Of a stretch of DNA of 64,000 nt, positions 46,575-60,750 are shown piece after piece. The position numbers and the translations under genes are program-made. The stretch spans positions 30,752,001-30,816,000 of the forward strand of contig OZ024758.1 of assembly GCA_964016885.1 (NCBI GenBank), given 5' to 3'. The DNA is from Eledone cirrhosa. Lineage: Eukaryota. Under the pieces are notes generated by a model, which was given only the letters and a program-made list of their open reading frames with translations, had not been told where the DNA came from and made no database searches. Each line of letters starts with the position of its first letter. The first letter of the stretch is position 1.

Positions 46575-47000
46575 ATGTTGGGAAAGTGTGGAGCTAGACG
46601 TTTTCCTGAGAGGAAAACGACTTGAGGTGGTGGAAAACTTTGTGTTTTTCGGAAGTACACTTAGTAGTGATGATACCCTCGATGCAGAAATAGATAAGTG
46701 GATTACGAAAGCAAGTCTTGCCTTCAAGAAGCTTGAGAAGCGAGTCTGGTCAAATCGGGATATCACGAAAGACACAAAGCTCTCGGTGTATGAGGTCTGC
46801 GTTCTTAAAACCCTGCTATATGGATGCGAAACGTGGACAACTTACAAGCATCATATGAGGCAGTTGGAAAGATTTCATCAGCATTGTATACGATGCATCC
46901 TGAACATCAAGTGGTCCTCTCACACACCTGCCGCTGCGGTACCTGATAAAGTGGGTAGCACGAGTATTGAGAAGAGGACTATTATGAACCAGATGCGGCT
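46575..47000 (+). mobile_element. RTE (BovB-like) LINE RT C-terminal fragment
   Basis: LEVVENFVFFGSTLS..IDKWITKASLAF..TKLSVY..LLYGCETWT..LERFHQHCIRCILNIKW. Confidence 0.9.
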
Positions 47001-47068
47001 TCTCCCAACAAATTACTCCCTTACTCCCTTACTCCCTTACTAACGCCAACAATAATAGGAAAATAAAT

Positions 47069-47425
47069 CGTGCTAATAGAAAAATAATTTGGTACCCCCC
47101 AGCTTCTCACTCAACGTTAAAAACTAATGAAGGTAAAAGTTATTTAGTTCTCTTAGATAGACACTCTCCCATAGGTCATAAATACCGCTCCATCTTTAAT
47201 AGACACAGGGTGAAACTAGGATACTCCTCTGCTAAGAATATGAAGGCCCACATCACCAACAACCCTAAGAGCAGAACCCCACTAGGATACTCTTGCTGAA
47301 GGCCTGAAGCTTGTCCTCTTCAACAACAATATAGCACATCCGATGTAATTTACGAAGCTGTAGTCACTTTTAACCGACCAAATCAACAAGAGGTCAAATC
47401 CTATGTAGGTATTACGCCATATTAG
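47069..47425 (+). pseudogene. Naiad-like PLE linker + GIY-YIG fragment
   Basis: Manual translation [55 protein letters not shown]..YVGIT. Confidence 0.75.
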
Positions 47426-48264
47426 TTCTTAAAAACAAGGATGACGGAATATATTTATAAAGAGGAAAATGCGAAGTTGAAGCTGTTAGGGTCCTTTATT
47501 AATTGAGCCGTTATACATATTTCTATGACGATAGATATCGTGATTTTTTCAGACAGCAAGTATTGATTAAAATGTAACGTTCCCGAGGCAAATTTGGGTG
47601 GAAGGGAGCGGACTAAAAAAAAGGTGTATGTTTTTGCTTTGGGTGTCCACTCCCTTCTAGCTTTCAGAAGCCCCCGACAGCCCTGCGCAGTCGCAGAGGT
47701 GTGGATGGCTAACCACTCAACTACCACCCAGAATACTACCAACCTTTTTTGTTCTCTCTAGCTACCAGTCCCCCACCACCTCGGCCGATAACACTATACG
47801 GTCAGTGGGAGTTCAAACCAGCCAAATTTATTTACTGCTAGCTTTGGTGTCCAGCAGAATTTCAGTGGATGCGTACCCACTACCCGTTTATGGCGGGATA
47901 ATATACAGACCACCAACCCCAAAGTGAGAAAGTTACCTACTGCTATGGTTAATATAACTTATAGAAAATATTTAATGTTTCACAGCCCGAAAATCCAAAA
48001 AATTCTAAATTCGAGACGTTAAAAGTTACAAGTCCATAAAACTAGATAATAGTCAATATACTAAAAATAATATCTAACTGGCTAAAGTGTATATTTGTAT
48101 TAGGTTTTGGGTTCCGAACTGGATATTAATTTGTTATGACTCCCTACTGGCAAAGGGCTGGTCTCTTATCAAGAATTACAGGCAAAATTTATTGTATCGA
48201 ATGTAATGAACGTAAAAAGTAAATAATCATCTAGTTGGTATCCGGGTCAATATAGTAGAGACAA

Positions 48265-48450
48265 ATAATTGTTTCTACTTTAGGCACAAGGCCAGTAATT
48301 ACCAGTGCATTACTGGTACTTTATTTTATCGACCCCGTAAGGATGAAATGCAAAGTTAACCTCGGCGGGATTTGAACTCAGATCGTAAAGGGACGTAACT
48401 ATGCTGGAAAGCATGGCGTCCGACCCTCTACCGATACTGCCAATCTACCG
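48265..48450 (-). mobile_element. SINE copy
   Basis: Same family; AGAGACAAATAAT on both sides (TSD-like). Confidence 0.9.
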
Positions 48451-48991
48451 CAATCTAGAGACAAATAATACATTGATTTAAGGAAAAATATAAGAAAAGA
48501 TACAAATGACTAATGATAAATGGGAAAAAAGGATTTATAAAGAGAATGAAGGATAAGAAAATGCAGGAAAAAGATTGAAGGAAAATTTGAAGGAAAAAAT
48601 CTGTGATAAATGTCAGAGTGGGAGCGAGTTATAGAGAGTCAGTTATATCCACAGTGCTTCCGGTGTTCAGATATGCGAATTACCCCCACTTTCTTCCTTT
48701 CTCCCTCTCACTTTCATCCCCTCGCCTGACCGTTTAGCAGTTCTCTTCTAACTTACAACTGCGGCTATCGGACGTGTGTCTCTTTCCTCTCGACCACTCA
48801 GTCTCGAACTTAAGTTATCTTATCGAGTGCTTTTGGATTTCCTACCTATAGTTGCTCGCATATTGCTCGGTTTGTTGTTTTTTCCACTGTTTTGTTACTG
48901 TTTTCTCTTTTCTTCCCTTTTATTCCCACTGCATTTTAAGTTACCTTAAATAGCAACTACACAGCCATTTCTATTCTATTCTATATATATA

Positions 48992-49326
<335 letters not shown>

Positions 49327-50101
49327 AAAGGTAAATTGGAAATAGCACGGAAAATATATCTAAGGATCTGCTTTTCTTCTTTTTCCTTTCTTTGATTCAT
49401 CGAAGTGACATTATTGAAACAAAAATGAGAGTGATAATTTAAAAAATAAAAGAGTTTTATAATGTATATAAAGTAGTACCGGTTTCGATGTATTACTAAA
49501 ATTAATTTTATCAAATGTTGAGTATTACTATTAAAACAAATTAATAAGAATTAAAAACTAAAAATTAAAGATTTAAAGTTAAGTGTTGAGGTAAGTTTTT
49601 TGCATCTTCCTTGTTGAGAAGGAGACTGGAAAATGAACTCTTGTGTATATAGAGAGAGGTAGTCGTAGTAGTAGCAGCGGCGGTGTTGGTAGGTGTGTTT
49701 TTTCACAGAAATAAAATTGATTTCAGGGACAAAGGAAATATTCTGTAAATATGTGTGTTTATCTCAATTGTGTTAATGGACTGGTCAAGAGTTCAGATGG
49801 AGGTGGCGAAGGGGGAATTGTAAACTAGAGACAAATTCTATGGGTTTGGCAATAGGGTTGTAGAAGAAATTCTATTTTTGGAATATGGTTTTAGAGAGTG
49901 TGAGTTTGAAGGATTGAGAGTGCATATATAAAAATACACACACATGTGTATGGGGGTGGGGGGTGGGTGCTTCAGCTCGTCTGTCACAGATCCCTTTGTG
50001 GTGGGAAATAAAAAAAAAAACAGAACAAAGCATCAGTGGTGGCTTTCAATCAGGAATTTTTGTAAAATATGTGTTTGAGCAATTTTTTCTCTTATTTCGT
50101 G

Positions 50102-50132
<31 letters not shown>

Positions 50133-50150
50133 GTATCTCATAGGGAGTGA

Positions 50151-51615
50151 TTACATATCTAATATTGGTTTAAATTTGTTAATAAATAGTTTTTCTTTAT
50201 TTATTCTTTGTTGTTGAGTGAAAGAATCGGGACACTTGTAAAGGGTGAAGATTTTAAAGTTGGGTGAGTCATTCCTGCACAATCTGCAATGTGGCTCCTT
50301 AAGGGGATTTTTCTTGTGTTTACGTCTTGGATTTGTTGGCAATGAATGGTCATTCTTTTGCGTAATGACAATCCCGTCTGTCCTATGTAGTTATGTCGAA
50401 ATCCACCGCATTTGATTATATAAATCAGGTTCTCTGAGTTGCAAGTGAAGTTATTTTTCACTGTGAAAGTTTGGTCATCTTTAAACATAAATCTTTGTCC
50501 TTCCATTAAGTATAGGCATGTGCCACAGTTTGTTACCGTAAGGCTGGAGATTGGTTTGTGTATATTTGTTTCAGTGAGAATGTGTTTTAGTGATTTGGGT
50601 TGCCTTTTACTTTTAATGATCTTGTGTGTCTCTGGGATTTTTTTCATTTTTCATCTTTAACTAGAATGGGGAGGTTTTTGTGTAGGAGGTCAAACATTTC
50701 GGTGTTTCTGGGGTTGAACGTGGATACATATGGTAAGGTAATGTTTGTGGTTCCGTGATTTGGGTTGTTGGGTTGCAGAAAATTTGCGTGTTTTATTCTG
50801 TCAATTCCGTTATTAATTATGTCAAGTGGGAAGACTCTTAAGGTAAGTGAGTTTTTTAGTTCATCTATTCTTTGTTCCCATTTAGGCGGGTCTGATACTA
50901 TGGTGCATATACGTTTGGCTAAATTAAAAGGAATGTTAAGTTTTGTATGTTTTGGGTGATTTGATGTGAAGAAGAGGTAGTGTTTGGAGTCCGTGGGTTT
51001 ATAAAAGATGTCTGTTTCTATTTTCCCATCTATTTTTAAAATAAGGATATCCAAGAAGGCTAATTCCTTGGGGTTGGATTCCATCGTGAATTGTATGTTA
51101 TATTTTAAAAAAGAATGAGTGTATTCATGTCTTTCTGCCATAGTATAAAGCAATCGTCTCGGTATATCTTCCAATTATTTTTTAGATGTGTAAGGAAAGA
51201 GTCTCCGAATAATAGAAGGGATTGGTTGTAGATTTGTTGTTCGTGGAATCCCATGACTAATTTGGCGTACCTGGGGGCCTACCTTTGTGCCCATTGCAGT
51301 ACCTGAGATTTGTCAGTATGTTGAGTCATTGAAAGTAAAAAAAATATTCTGTAAGATAAATCGGAGTCCATCAATAATAAAGTTTTTGTTAATGCGTGTT
51401 GATATTTCAGATTGGTAAGTGTCTAGCCAGTACTGGATTGCTGTTAGTCCATAGTTATGCGGTATGTTAGTATAAAAGATTACTACGCCAAAAGAGACAC
51501 GAATAGTGTCTTCACTTACTGTTTTGGGTAGGTGGTTCAGCATATCAAGGTCATCCCGTATGTAGCTCTGTATATGTTTTAGTAAGGGCTTTAGACGTAA
51601 TGCGCATTCACACAC
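50151..51615 (-). pseudogene. Penelope-like retroelement RT + GIY-YIG endonuclease (frameshifted)
   Basis: SFGVVIFYTNIPH; GTAMGT (~51285-51303); FLDILI..TDIFYKPTD..YL..SNHP.H.K.NIPF; CGTC; NLIYIIKC..YIGQT..RMTIH. Confidence 0.9.
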
Positions 51616-52076
51616 GCAGTAGAACTGAACTCAAAATCATATCATTGGAAAGAAATTTCTGAATGCCACAGACATCGGTGCGTATACACATATGTACTCA
51701 TACAAGTACATAGAGATGTGGGAGAAAAATATTTTCGTGCCTATGAGAGGGAGAAAGAGAAAGTGGAAGCAATAGGAAAGGAGAAGATGGTCAAGGAAAG
51801 AAAGTGAAAGTTTAACGAATGATTGGAGGAGAAAAATAATAATAAAATAATAATAAAAATAATAATAATAAAAATCTTTAGAGTCATCATTCTCAATTGT
51901 TCCACTTTCATTCTATACTATATTTTAACTTCCAGGTTTTTTTCATCTTCCTCCATCCCGGGAACCGACTTTGTTTCCCTCCGAAACGAGTTTGTTTTGC
52001 TATTCTTCTTATCAATTATTCATATATGTGTGTATATATATATATATATTTATAATGCAAAAAGTACACAACCCAC

Positions 52077-52590
<514 letters not shown>

Positions 52591-55205
52591 ACAAGAAGAA
52601 TAGACCGAGAAAGAGCGGAGTTTCTGTAGAGTCTTTGATGAAGCAGATCAAATGTTCGTAAACGTATCGCATATAAAAGGAGTCAAACAATATAAATACA
52701 TTATTTAATGAATAAAATTGATTCAACGAATATTTCTATAAGTTAACGTTTGCCATATGTAATGCAATGACTTGAAAACCTTCGATTAACTGGGAATATC
52801 CATGCAATTAATAGCAAAAGAAATATCTCTACCTAGAAGTTTTTAAAAATCTGCAAACAATAAACAAGCGCCAGCGATAACTAATAGAATCAATTAATGG
52901 AATTTTTGGAACATATAGAAAATACTGCAGTATATATTTTTATGGCTTTCGGAAATTCTTTCTAATAGTGCTACCCTCATTATTGTCTTGTATACCATCC
53001 TCGAGAAAAGATTATTTTTCTGTAATGTTCTTTGTGATAAACTAAACGTTATATACGTAAAATTATTTCGTCGCTGTTTGATATTTCGTTTTTTGCCATC
53101 GTCCTTTTTGTTGTTGTTGCTGTTGTTGGCGTTGCATTGTTGTTATTGTTGTTGCTGATATCGTTGTTCTGCCTGAAGTCAGCTCCTATTGAGTAGACTT
53201 ATGATCCAACGACTTTCCAGTCGTGACCACCAAATTATGTTTTTTAGGTAGTGTATAACCAGAGCTACATTATGTCGACTGAATAGTACATAGTCTGATT
53301 ATGAAGGAGTGATGCTAAAGCTGTGAAATCATGTATGCATTGATTCCAACTCTTCTTATTAATAACTGCATTGTTTCTTTCTCGTTAAAAAATAAATCTG
53401 ATTTCATCATTCTATGAACTTTTCAGCCGACCATTGTACAAAGTGTTATTCTTTTTAAGAAGACGGGGTCTGGTTTTGGGGAGATTTGGGTGCTATATTT
53501 AGCGGCTCGGGCGACTGCGTAGAGGGTCGATCTTTCAGTTGTGCCATCCAATCATCTTTGCTACTATAATAATATTCGTCCAACCCATTCATATTTCATA
53601 TAGGTATAATGTTTTGAAAATATCGCGGATCCATAAAATCATATGCCCCTATCACACACACGCATGCACATACGCACACATGCATGTACATACACACACA
53701 AGTATACACACGCGCACATACACACACGCATACACAGACGCGCGCACACAGACACATAGACTCGCATACACACAATTGCTTCGAACCAAGCATATTGACG
53801 TTATTCCACAGAATAATATTGTTTTATTGAGCAAATAAGAATGCTCCTCTAACGATTCAATAACATAAAATAATAGCTATAATTTATTGATCAGATTACT
53901 GATTCAGTGAAGCTCATGATAATTCTGTTGAAATGAGCAGGTGTCCACCATGCATGAATGCGTTTAACCACAATAATTTGAAGAGGAGTTTGTTGTTTGC
54001 GAATTATAGGGAAGTAAATTTAATAGATTTCTAAGAAAGTTCTGGCGTAATTGTGAGAAATCTAAACAAATATAACTTTCGCCTAAAACAAAATTCCTGT
54101 TTTGAAAAAACCGGAATTACGTTTTTTCTCCCAGCCAAAATTACATTTTTTTTGAAAGAACCAAATTATGTTGTTAACAATTCCATATGGGTTTCTTGAT
54201 CTACTTGAAATAACAGTCAAATCACCCATAAAGCATAATTTACTATGTTACATTGAATAATGTACGCCTAGATGCTCTATATTTGAAAAAAAGTAGGGGT
54301 GCCATGACTGGAACGCCTCTATCATGTCTTCTCTATCATGTCTTCTCAAACAACAGTTTTTGAAAAAAATTATTTTAATTCAATTTGTTGTACTTTAGTA
54401 TCAGGTCAACCATGATAGAGAATATATATGCACAAAAAAATTTCAATAGCAACTCTCCCATCTTTGGATTGGAACAAATCTGGCGACGAAATAATTTAAT
54501 CTCTATTTATAATCCGAGGTAGACCACAAACGTTTCCTCTGTTTCCCAAAGCAAAACAGCAAAACGCAAAGTAGTTGACTATTTTTTATTCAGCGATTAT
54601 ATTTTACCAAGCAAATATAATCCTCATGGTATATGCCAAACCGATCAAATTGTAGTTAAGCATATTGTGTTAAGATTTAAACATCAGAATGAAAGCTAAC
54701 AACATATGCTAACATATGAAACAAGAGAAATATATATATATAGCAGATAGTAGTCTGAAAAGTAAAAAGTAAAATGATGATGGAAGAACTAAACCAATAT
54801 CGAATTTGTTAAAACTATTATAGAAAATCTTGAAAAGAAATAGAACCCATTTCATAAAAAAAGCAAGTTCACTATCATGGAAGTTCATGTTATTTTCAAC
54901 ATTGTCCTAAAGGCTTCTTAGACGGTTGGAATAAAGAGCATAATGTCATCTACGATGGTTCCTGGCAGGTAATTATGGAGCGAAGTACCATCTGTTGTCG
55001 TTTTACATATCGATATGAAATGATAGTATAACTCAAATAGACAATTCTATTATTTCACTCACACACGATTGGTCAATCCAATTCTATAGAAGTTGCCCAA
55101 GGTGCCACATAGTTTCACTGAACCCGAGAGTTGCTCAATAACGTCCTTAAACACACAGGATTATATAGATATTCTTTGATTCCAATTCTTGTTAATCATT
55201 GTTCT

Positions 55206-55252
<47 letters not shown>

Positions 55253-55255
<3 letters not shown>

Positions 55256-55526
55256 GGAGGTGAGTTTTATTGTAGTACAATAAAGCAATGCAGATATCGG
55301 ATAAGAAGCACTCTACAGTTTGTAGGACTGGAGTATACATAATATATAAGATCAAAAGATGGTTAAATGTGTTGATTTAAAACTGCACTATCCACAAGTG
55401 TTTTTTAACCTTCATATCATGTCCTCCTATTTTATCTGATGAAAACACAAATGTTATTGCATGATGATATTTGTTTTTGAAATGCGCATAATAAAATACA
55501 TGGAACTCATTTAACCATCTTTTGAT

Positions 55527-55532
<6 letters not shown>
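55253..55532. mobile_element. Family A asymmetric IR element
   Basis: Reverse extension 55253-55369, then forward arm 55370-55532. Confidence 0.85.
55429..55500 (+). ncRNA. Hammerhead ribozyme (family A)
   Basis: tattttat-CTGATGA-..-GAAA-tgcgca-TA-ataaaata. Confidence 0.85.
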
Positions 55533-55600
<68 letters not shown>

Positions 55601-55607
<7 letters not shown>

Positions 55608-56060
55608 AACGTAAAATAAAAAAATTATAGAAATTAACTAACTTACTAAAATTTCACTCCAACTAATTAGTTTCTGAAAGGGAATAAACATGGTTTCCGA
55701 AGGAACGCATGGAGAAAGCCTTTCGTCATCAGGGAAGTCTATTCTCAGCTAAGTTCCCAGGCATTGTGTCCGTAAGTGTCCACGCATTGCCTGGAAACTT
55801 AGCTGAGAATAGACTTCCCTGATGACGAAAGGCTTTCTCCATGCGTTCCTTCGGAAACCATGTTTATTCCCTTTCAGAAACTAATTAGTTGGAGTGAAAT
55901 TTTAGTAAGTAAGTTAATTTTTATAATTCTCTTATTTTACGTCTTTCATATAATTGTTCTGCATCCCCTTGCATTGAACCACAAAGTTACTAAGACAAAA
56001 CCTATATATTTGCTAGCATAGGTATGCATCTGTATATATATGTTGGTAGATATACTAATT

Positions 56061-56065
<5 letters not shown>
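55601..56065. mobile_element. Asymmetric IR element with two HHRs
   Basis: Arms ~55601-55763 / 55786-55950; extension with GTTC..GAAC hairpin. Confidence 0.85.
55813..55895 (+). ncRNA. Hammerhead ribozyme (inverted copy at 55656-55738)
   Basis: cttcc-CTGATGA-cgaaagg..cctttca-GAAA-ctaattag-TT-ggag. Confidence 0.65.
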
Positions 56066-56127
<62 letters not shown>

Positions 56128-56257
56128 CTGATCAAAGTTTAATATGGTTCATTGATTACTCTTTGAATATAGTTTTGCACTCTACAGTAAAGTTTTCTGG
56201 AGTTATTATTATTCAGAATAATAATAAATGAAGACATTCACATAATCAAACTATATG

Positions 56258-56323
56258 TGTTTTATTATATATATTTCGAAGGTACTGTGCTGTTTTTTCA
56301 GTACATCCTCGTCAGATAAAATA
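56258..56323 (-). ncRNA. Hammerhead ribozyme (family B-related)
   Basis: tattttat-CTGACGA-g..gtactg/cagtac..c-GAAA-tatata-TA-ataaaaca. Confidence 0.75.
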
Positions 56324-56467
56324 CATGAATTGATGTATGACATACCTCAACGGTCTTGAAAGTTCAATTCCAGTATTGGCAGAAAAGATATCTTAACGGT
56401 TCAAGTTTTCCTTGAACCGTTAAGATATCTTTTCTTGTTTATATCAAAATTTATAAAACAAACTTTG

Positions 56468-56528
56468 TATTTTATCTGATGAAAGCGTACCAAAGTTTTG
56501 GTAACCTTGAAATATATATAACAGAATA
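56468..56528 (+). ncRNA. Hammerhead ribozyme (family B)
   Basis: CTGATGA at 56476, GAAA-tatata-TA at 56509. Confidence 0.7.
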
Positions 56529-56658
56529 AATTTGTTTTTATAAATATAGTTTATTTAATATCATTGAATATTATACTCCAGAAAACTTGTCGAGTGCTCT
56601 GAATCAGTTATAAACATTTATATTTGTAGAATTACCAACAAATTGAATATCCCTTTTG

Positions 56659-56710
<52 letters not shown>

Positions 56711-56714
<4 letters not shown>

Positions 56715-57605
56715 AACAAGTAAGACCCCGACGGCTGAGCTCAAGCCGTTTCGACGGCTAATTCTGGACTGAATAAAAATTTATTCTGGTATTTAAATAG
56801 CCGAGCTTGTCAAGGGGCAATTCCATATATGGTCAAAGAGATAAACACCAGGATTGGTCACATCACAAGTTAGTAGTAAATCCGTGATGGCAAAATGGTG
56901 GGGGAAGGGGTAGCTGAACCTGCCGGTAGGAGAAAAAGGGAGAGGGGGTGGAGTAGACCCATTCAAGCGTTGGTAGTGCCGGCTACAGCTGGGTGTGAGG
57001 TCAAAGAGGATACTGGGGAGGGGGAGGGGGAGGAAGTCGAAACGGTAAGTAAGAACTATGAAAAGTACTGAGAGAGAGAAAAGAAAAAATAAGCAAGGTC
57101 TGGTTACTAAGACTTAAGTCTCTCGCTATTGCTAGGCTAAAGAAATACATAAATAAATAAATAAACAAATAAGTGAATAAAAGAATGGATAAATAAAAAA
57201 AATAAAAATAAATAAAAAAAAATAAAAATCCTCTTTGACCTCACACCCAGCTGTAGCCGGCACTACCAACGCTTGAATGGGTCTACTCCACCCCCTCTCC
57301 CTTTTTCTCCTACCGGCAGGTTCAGCTACCCCTTCCGCCACCATTTTGCCATCACAGATTTACTACTAACTTGTGATGTGACCAATCCTGGTGTTTATCT
57401 CTTTGACCATATATGGAATTGCCCCTTGACAAGCTCGGCTATTTAAATACCAGAATAAATTTTTATTCAGTCCAGAATTAGCCGTCGAAACGGCTTGAGC
57501 TCAGCCGTCGGGGTCTTACTTGTTCCTATTACCCACTCTACTACCCTAAGTATTGAGTACTTTGGTGCGTTATGGTCCACTTGGTTCCTTACCACATTTC
57601 CTTCG

Positions 57606-57607
<2 letters not shown>
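56711..57607. mobile_element. Family C, longest copy
   Basis: Arms 56711-57012 / 57228-57528 plus extension to 57607. Confidence 0.9.
57421..57514 (+). ncRNA. Hammerhead ribozyme with U3-A8 core (inverted copy at 56725-56818)
   Basis: gcccc-TTGACAA-g..cggcta/tagccg.c-GAAA-cggct..agccg-TC-ggggt. Confidence 0.75.
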
Positions 57608-57678
<71 letters not shown>

Positions 57679-58455
57679 GTATACTGGATCAGAATCCTCT
57701 ATTTGAAATGCTTTGTTGCGGAAGTGTTTCGAATTTTGGATATGTATACATTGTATACAACATCAATAAAATGTGACATTTGGGCAATGAAAGCGAAACT
57801 TCAACGCAATATCCTTTTACAGTTTATAATGCACCTTATACATATAATCTGAATGTGTTTCATATAGATTCTTTTTTTTTATTAAATTTGTATACAGGTA
57901 GTGGCGCTTGTCATGTTACACTTACAGGTAATTTCATATGAGGAAATTCACATTCCATATATTAACTGTGCCTGAACCAAATATATATTTTATTATCGCT
58001 GCACAAAATAAAATAAAAACATCACCAACTGCAAAAACTACATCAGATCTGGGGAACTTGAGCCAGAGTATAGACCGTCGATGATATTGTGTTATATGAA
58101 GAATGTCATAAATATTTCATTTGTGGCAAGTAATAATCAACCCTAGAATAGTTTTCAGGTTTGGGAATTTCAGGCAAAGTATCCTTAACTTCTATATTCT
58201 ATTGTTTTAAACTTTTGCTATGTAGTTCCAGTTATTAGACTGCGGCCATGACAGGATGAGGCTCTGGTTTGGTTCATAATATCAGCGCCAATAATTATTT
58301 TTCTCAAATCTGGTTAATATTTTATCGTTTTCTCATTTGATGAATTGCCAGTTTACAAGACAAACACCAACATAAATAATAGATACGGACACACATACAT
58401 GATCGCTGCCCCTTCGTTATCGAGTATGGCCATTGCACGATATAACATTATTAAT

Positions 58456-58640
58456 AATTGGCAGTATCGGTAGAGGGTTGGACGCCATGTTTTCTAGCAT
58501 AGTTACGTCCCTTTACAGTCTGAGTTCAAATCCCGCCGAGGTTAACTTTGCCTTTCATCCTTACGGAGTCGATAAAAATAAAGTACCAGTAATGTATTGG
58601 GTAATTGCTGGCCTTGTGCCTAAAGTAGAAACAATTATTA
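58456..58640 (+). mobile_element. SINE copy inserted in a 9052-family fragment
   Basis: ATTATTAATAAT duplicated at ~58448 and ~58634. Confidence 0.85.
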
Positions 58641-58740
58641 ATAATCATTAATTAATGCTATCGTGCAATGCCAGTGCGTAAAGATTTCTTTTTTAAAGTG
58701 TGGAAAGAGCCAATCCCTGACGTGAGATTACATGTTAACA

Positions 58741-58830
58741 CATATCTGAGGAGCTTCCGCTTCCGGAATCAGGTTCGATCATTAATCGATCGTTCCTCGA
58801 CCTGAGCGACAGTCAAACATATGTAATATG
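58741..58830 (+). ncRNA. Decayed hammerhead ribozyme
   Basis: catat-CTGAGGA-..-CAAA-catatg-TA-atatg (G12 mutated). Confidence 0.55.
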
Positions 58831-59368
58831 TAATAAAATATGTAAATGATGCAACATTGATTCTTTATTCCCTTATATATTATTACTATATATAGATAAA
58901 TGGTATTTATGAAAAACAAGTGACTTAAGATTGGGTCAAAGACTGAAGCCAAGATATTATAAAGAAGAAGGCAGTGCAACTTATATATGAGTATATACAG
59001 TATAAGTTGATAATTCAGGATATCCATAATTTTTTAATTTTAATAATGGAAATTGTATTATAATTAACTATTCATAGAAAGCTCTAGAGTTATATTATCA
59101 CATAGGATGTGACATCAAATATTGAAGACATTTCATTTTAATTTCTGATTTATTTATTTCCAAAGTGTGATTAAGGGCAAAGTGCAGCATCATCTATATT
59201 TATTGGTTATCGCTCGGGGGGAAGAGTTGCTTTCTTTTTATTCTCTTTTCATATATATATATATATTGCAAGAGGTGTCAACATGAAAGGACCTGTTATT
59301 TTTATCTAAAGACATTTTTTCCAATTCCATCCCGCCCGTCCCCTCAATCTATTTTATTTCTCATTCTT

Positions 59369-59404
59369 TCTTCTGATGAAGGACTAGCGTCCGAAACGTT
59401 AAGA
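59369..59404 (+). ncRNA. Minimal hammerhead ribozyme
   Basis: tctt-CTGATGA-aggac tagc gtcc-GAAA-cg-TT-aaga; palindromic AACGTT stem III. Confidence 0.85.
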
Positions 59405-59489
59405 CCCTCTTCCTGCTATATCAAGCGTTAACCTAATATATCCTTTCCATATACTGTACCGATTGTGTTGTTATATCTGTTTACCTTTT

Positions 59490-59523
<34 letters not shown>

Positions 59524-59527
59524 GCAT

Positions 59528-59614
<87 letters not shown>

Positions 59615-59615
<1 letters not shown>

Positions 59616-59972
59616 CGAATGGTAGGTATGATGCTTCCATAGGCGGTATTCCATTTCAGCACTCTATGCTCTTACAGAGCAGAGTAAGATATAATATAAA
59701 ACGAAAAATCAGTGATGCATCTGAACTCAATTTATTGTGTGTTACAATTGTTTCACAGGCGGACAGCTCGAGACGCGATCATTGTGTGGATCTGTCTGAT
59801 TCGGGACCTCTCACGTGAGATTATATGCTCCGACATCATTAGACGTGTCCGTCGAACCTGCGGGTCCCGAATCAGACAGATCCACACAATGATCGCGTCT
59901 CGAGCTGTCCGCCTGTGAAACAATTGTAACACACAATAAATTGAGTTCAGATGCATCACTGATATTTCGTTT

Positions 59973-59980
<8 letters not shown>
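59615..59980. mobile_element. Asymmetric IR element with HHR-shaped motif (CCGTCGA core)
   Basis: Arms ~59690-59807 / 59863-59980; related to 36020-36385. Confidence 0.8.
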
Positions 59981-60041
<61 letters not shown>

Positions 60042-60045
<4 letters not shown>

Positions 60046-60400
60046 GAAAATAAACCAAAGAAGCCTTCAATACATCAAAAGTCTTTATTAGCCAACAATG
60101 TTTCGTCCTATTAAGGACTCATCAGGGCAATTAAAGGTATAAGAAGCACTATCGGCCAATACAAGCCAAAAACTCAGAAGAATATGGAGTGTACATACAT
60201 AGCTTTAATTGCCCTGATGAGTCCTTAATAGGACGAAACATTGTTGGCTAATAAAGACTTTTGATGTATTGAAGGCTTCTTTGGTTTATTTTCATAATTC
60301 TTCGGCTCTGTTTAATTACATTGAGCTATACTTTTACTGTCATTTCTATAATACGAAGAGGGTGTTTAACTCCAACACACTCTAGGATTTTAATTCTTAT
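60042..60400. mobile_element. Family E asymmetric IR element
   Basis: Arms 60043-60137 / 60203-60295; extension to 60400; HHR at 60087-60132(-). Confidence 0.9.
60207..60252 (+). ncRNA. Hammerhead ribozyme (family E)
   Basis: gcc-CTGATGAGTCCTTAATAGGACGAAACATTGTT-ggc. Confidence 0.9.
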
Positions 60401-60605
60401 ATATATATATATATATATATTTTTTGAGTTTATGTTGGTTGTATACCAACACCTCAGTATGCAGGCTGGAGCACTCGACGAAGTGCGTAGGTTGGTTTGG
60501 TTACTCAGTGAATTAACAACCCAACAAGGAACTGGGCATATCAGAGTATTGACAATATCCTACACCTAAACAACATATGTACTTGTCTATACCATACTAA
60601 TTCAA

Positions 60606-60660
60606 ACTGCCCGAAGAGGTCACAGCCAAAGATGGCTGTCACTGAAATATATATAGCAGT
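60606..60660 (+). ncRNA. HHR, U4C variant of the 20018 family
   Basis: actgc-CCGAAGA-g..acagcca/tggctgt..-GAAA-tatata-TA-gcagt. Confidence 0.65.
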
Positions 60661-60704
60661 AATAAACGAAGCTAAATCTTAATCATTTGACTTTTATTTA
60701 ACTT

Positions 60705-60750
<46 letters not shown>

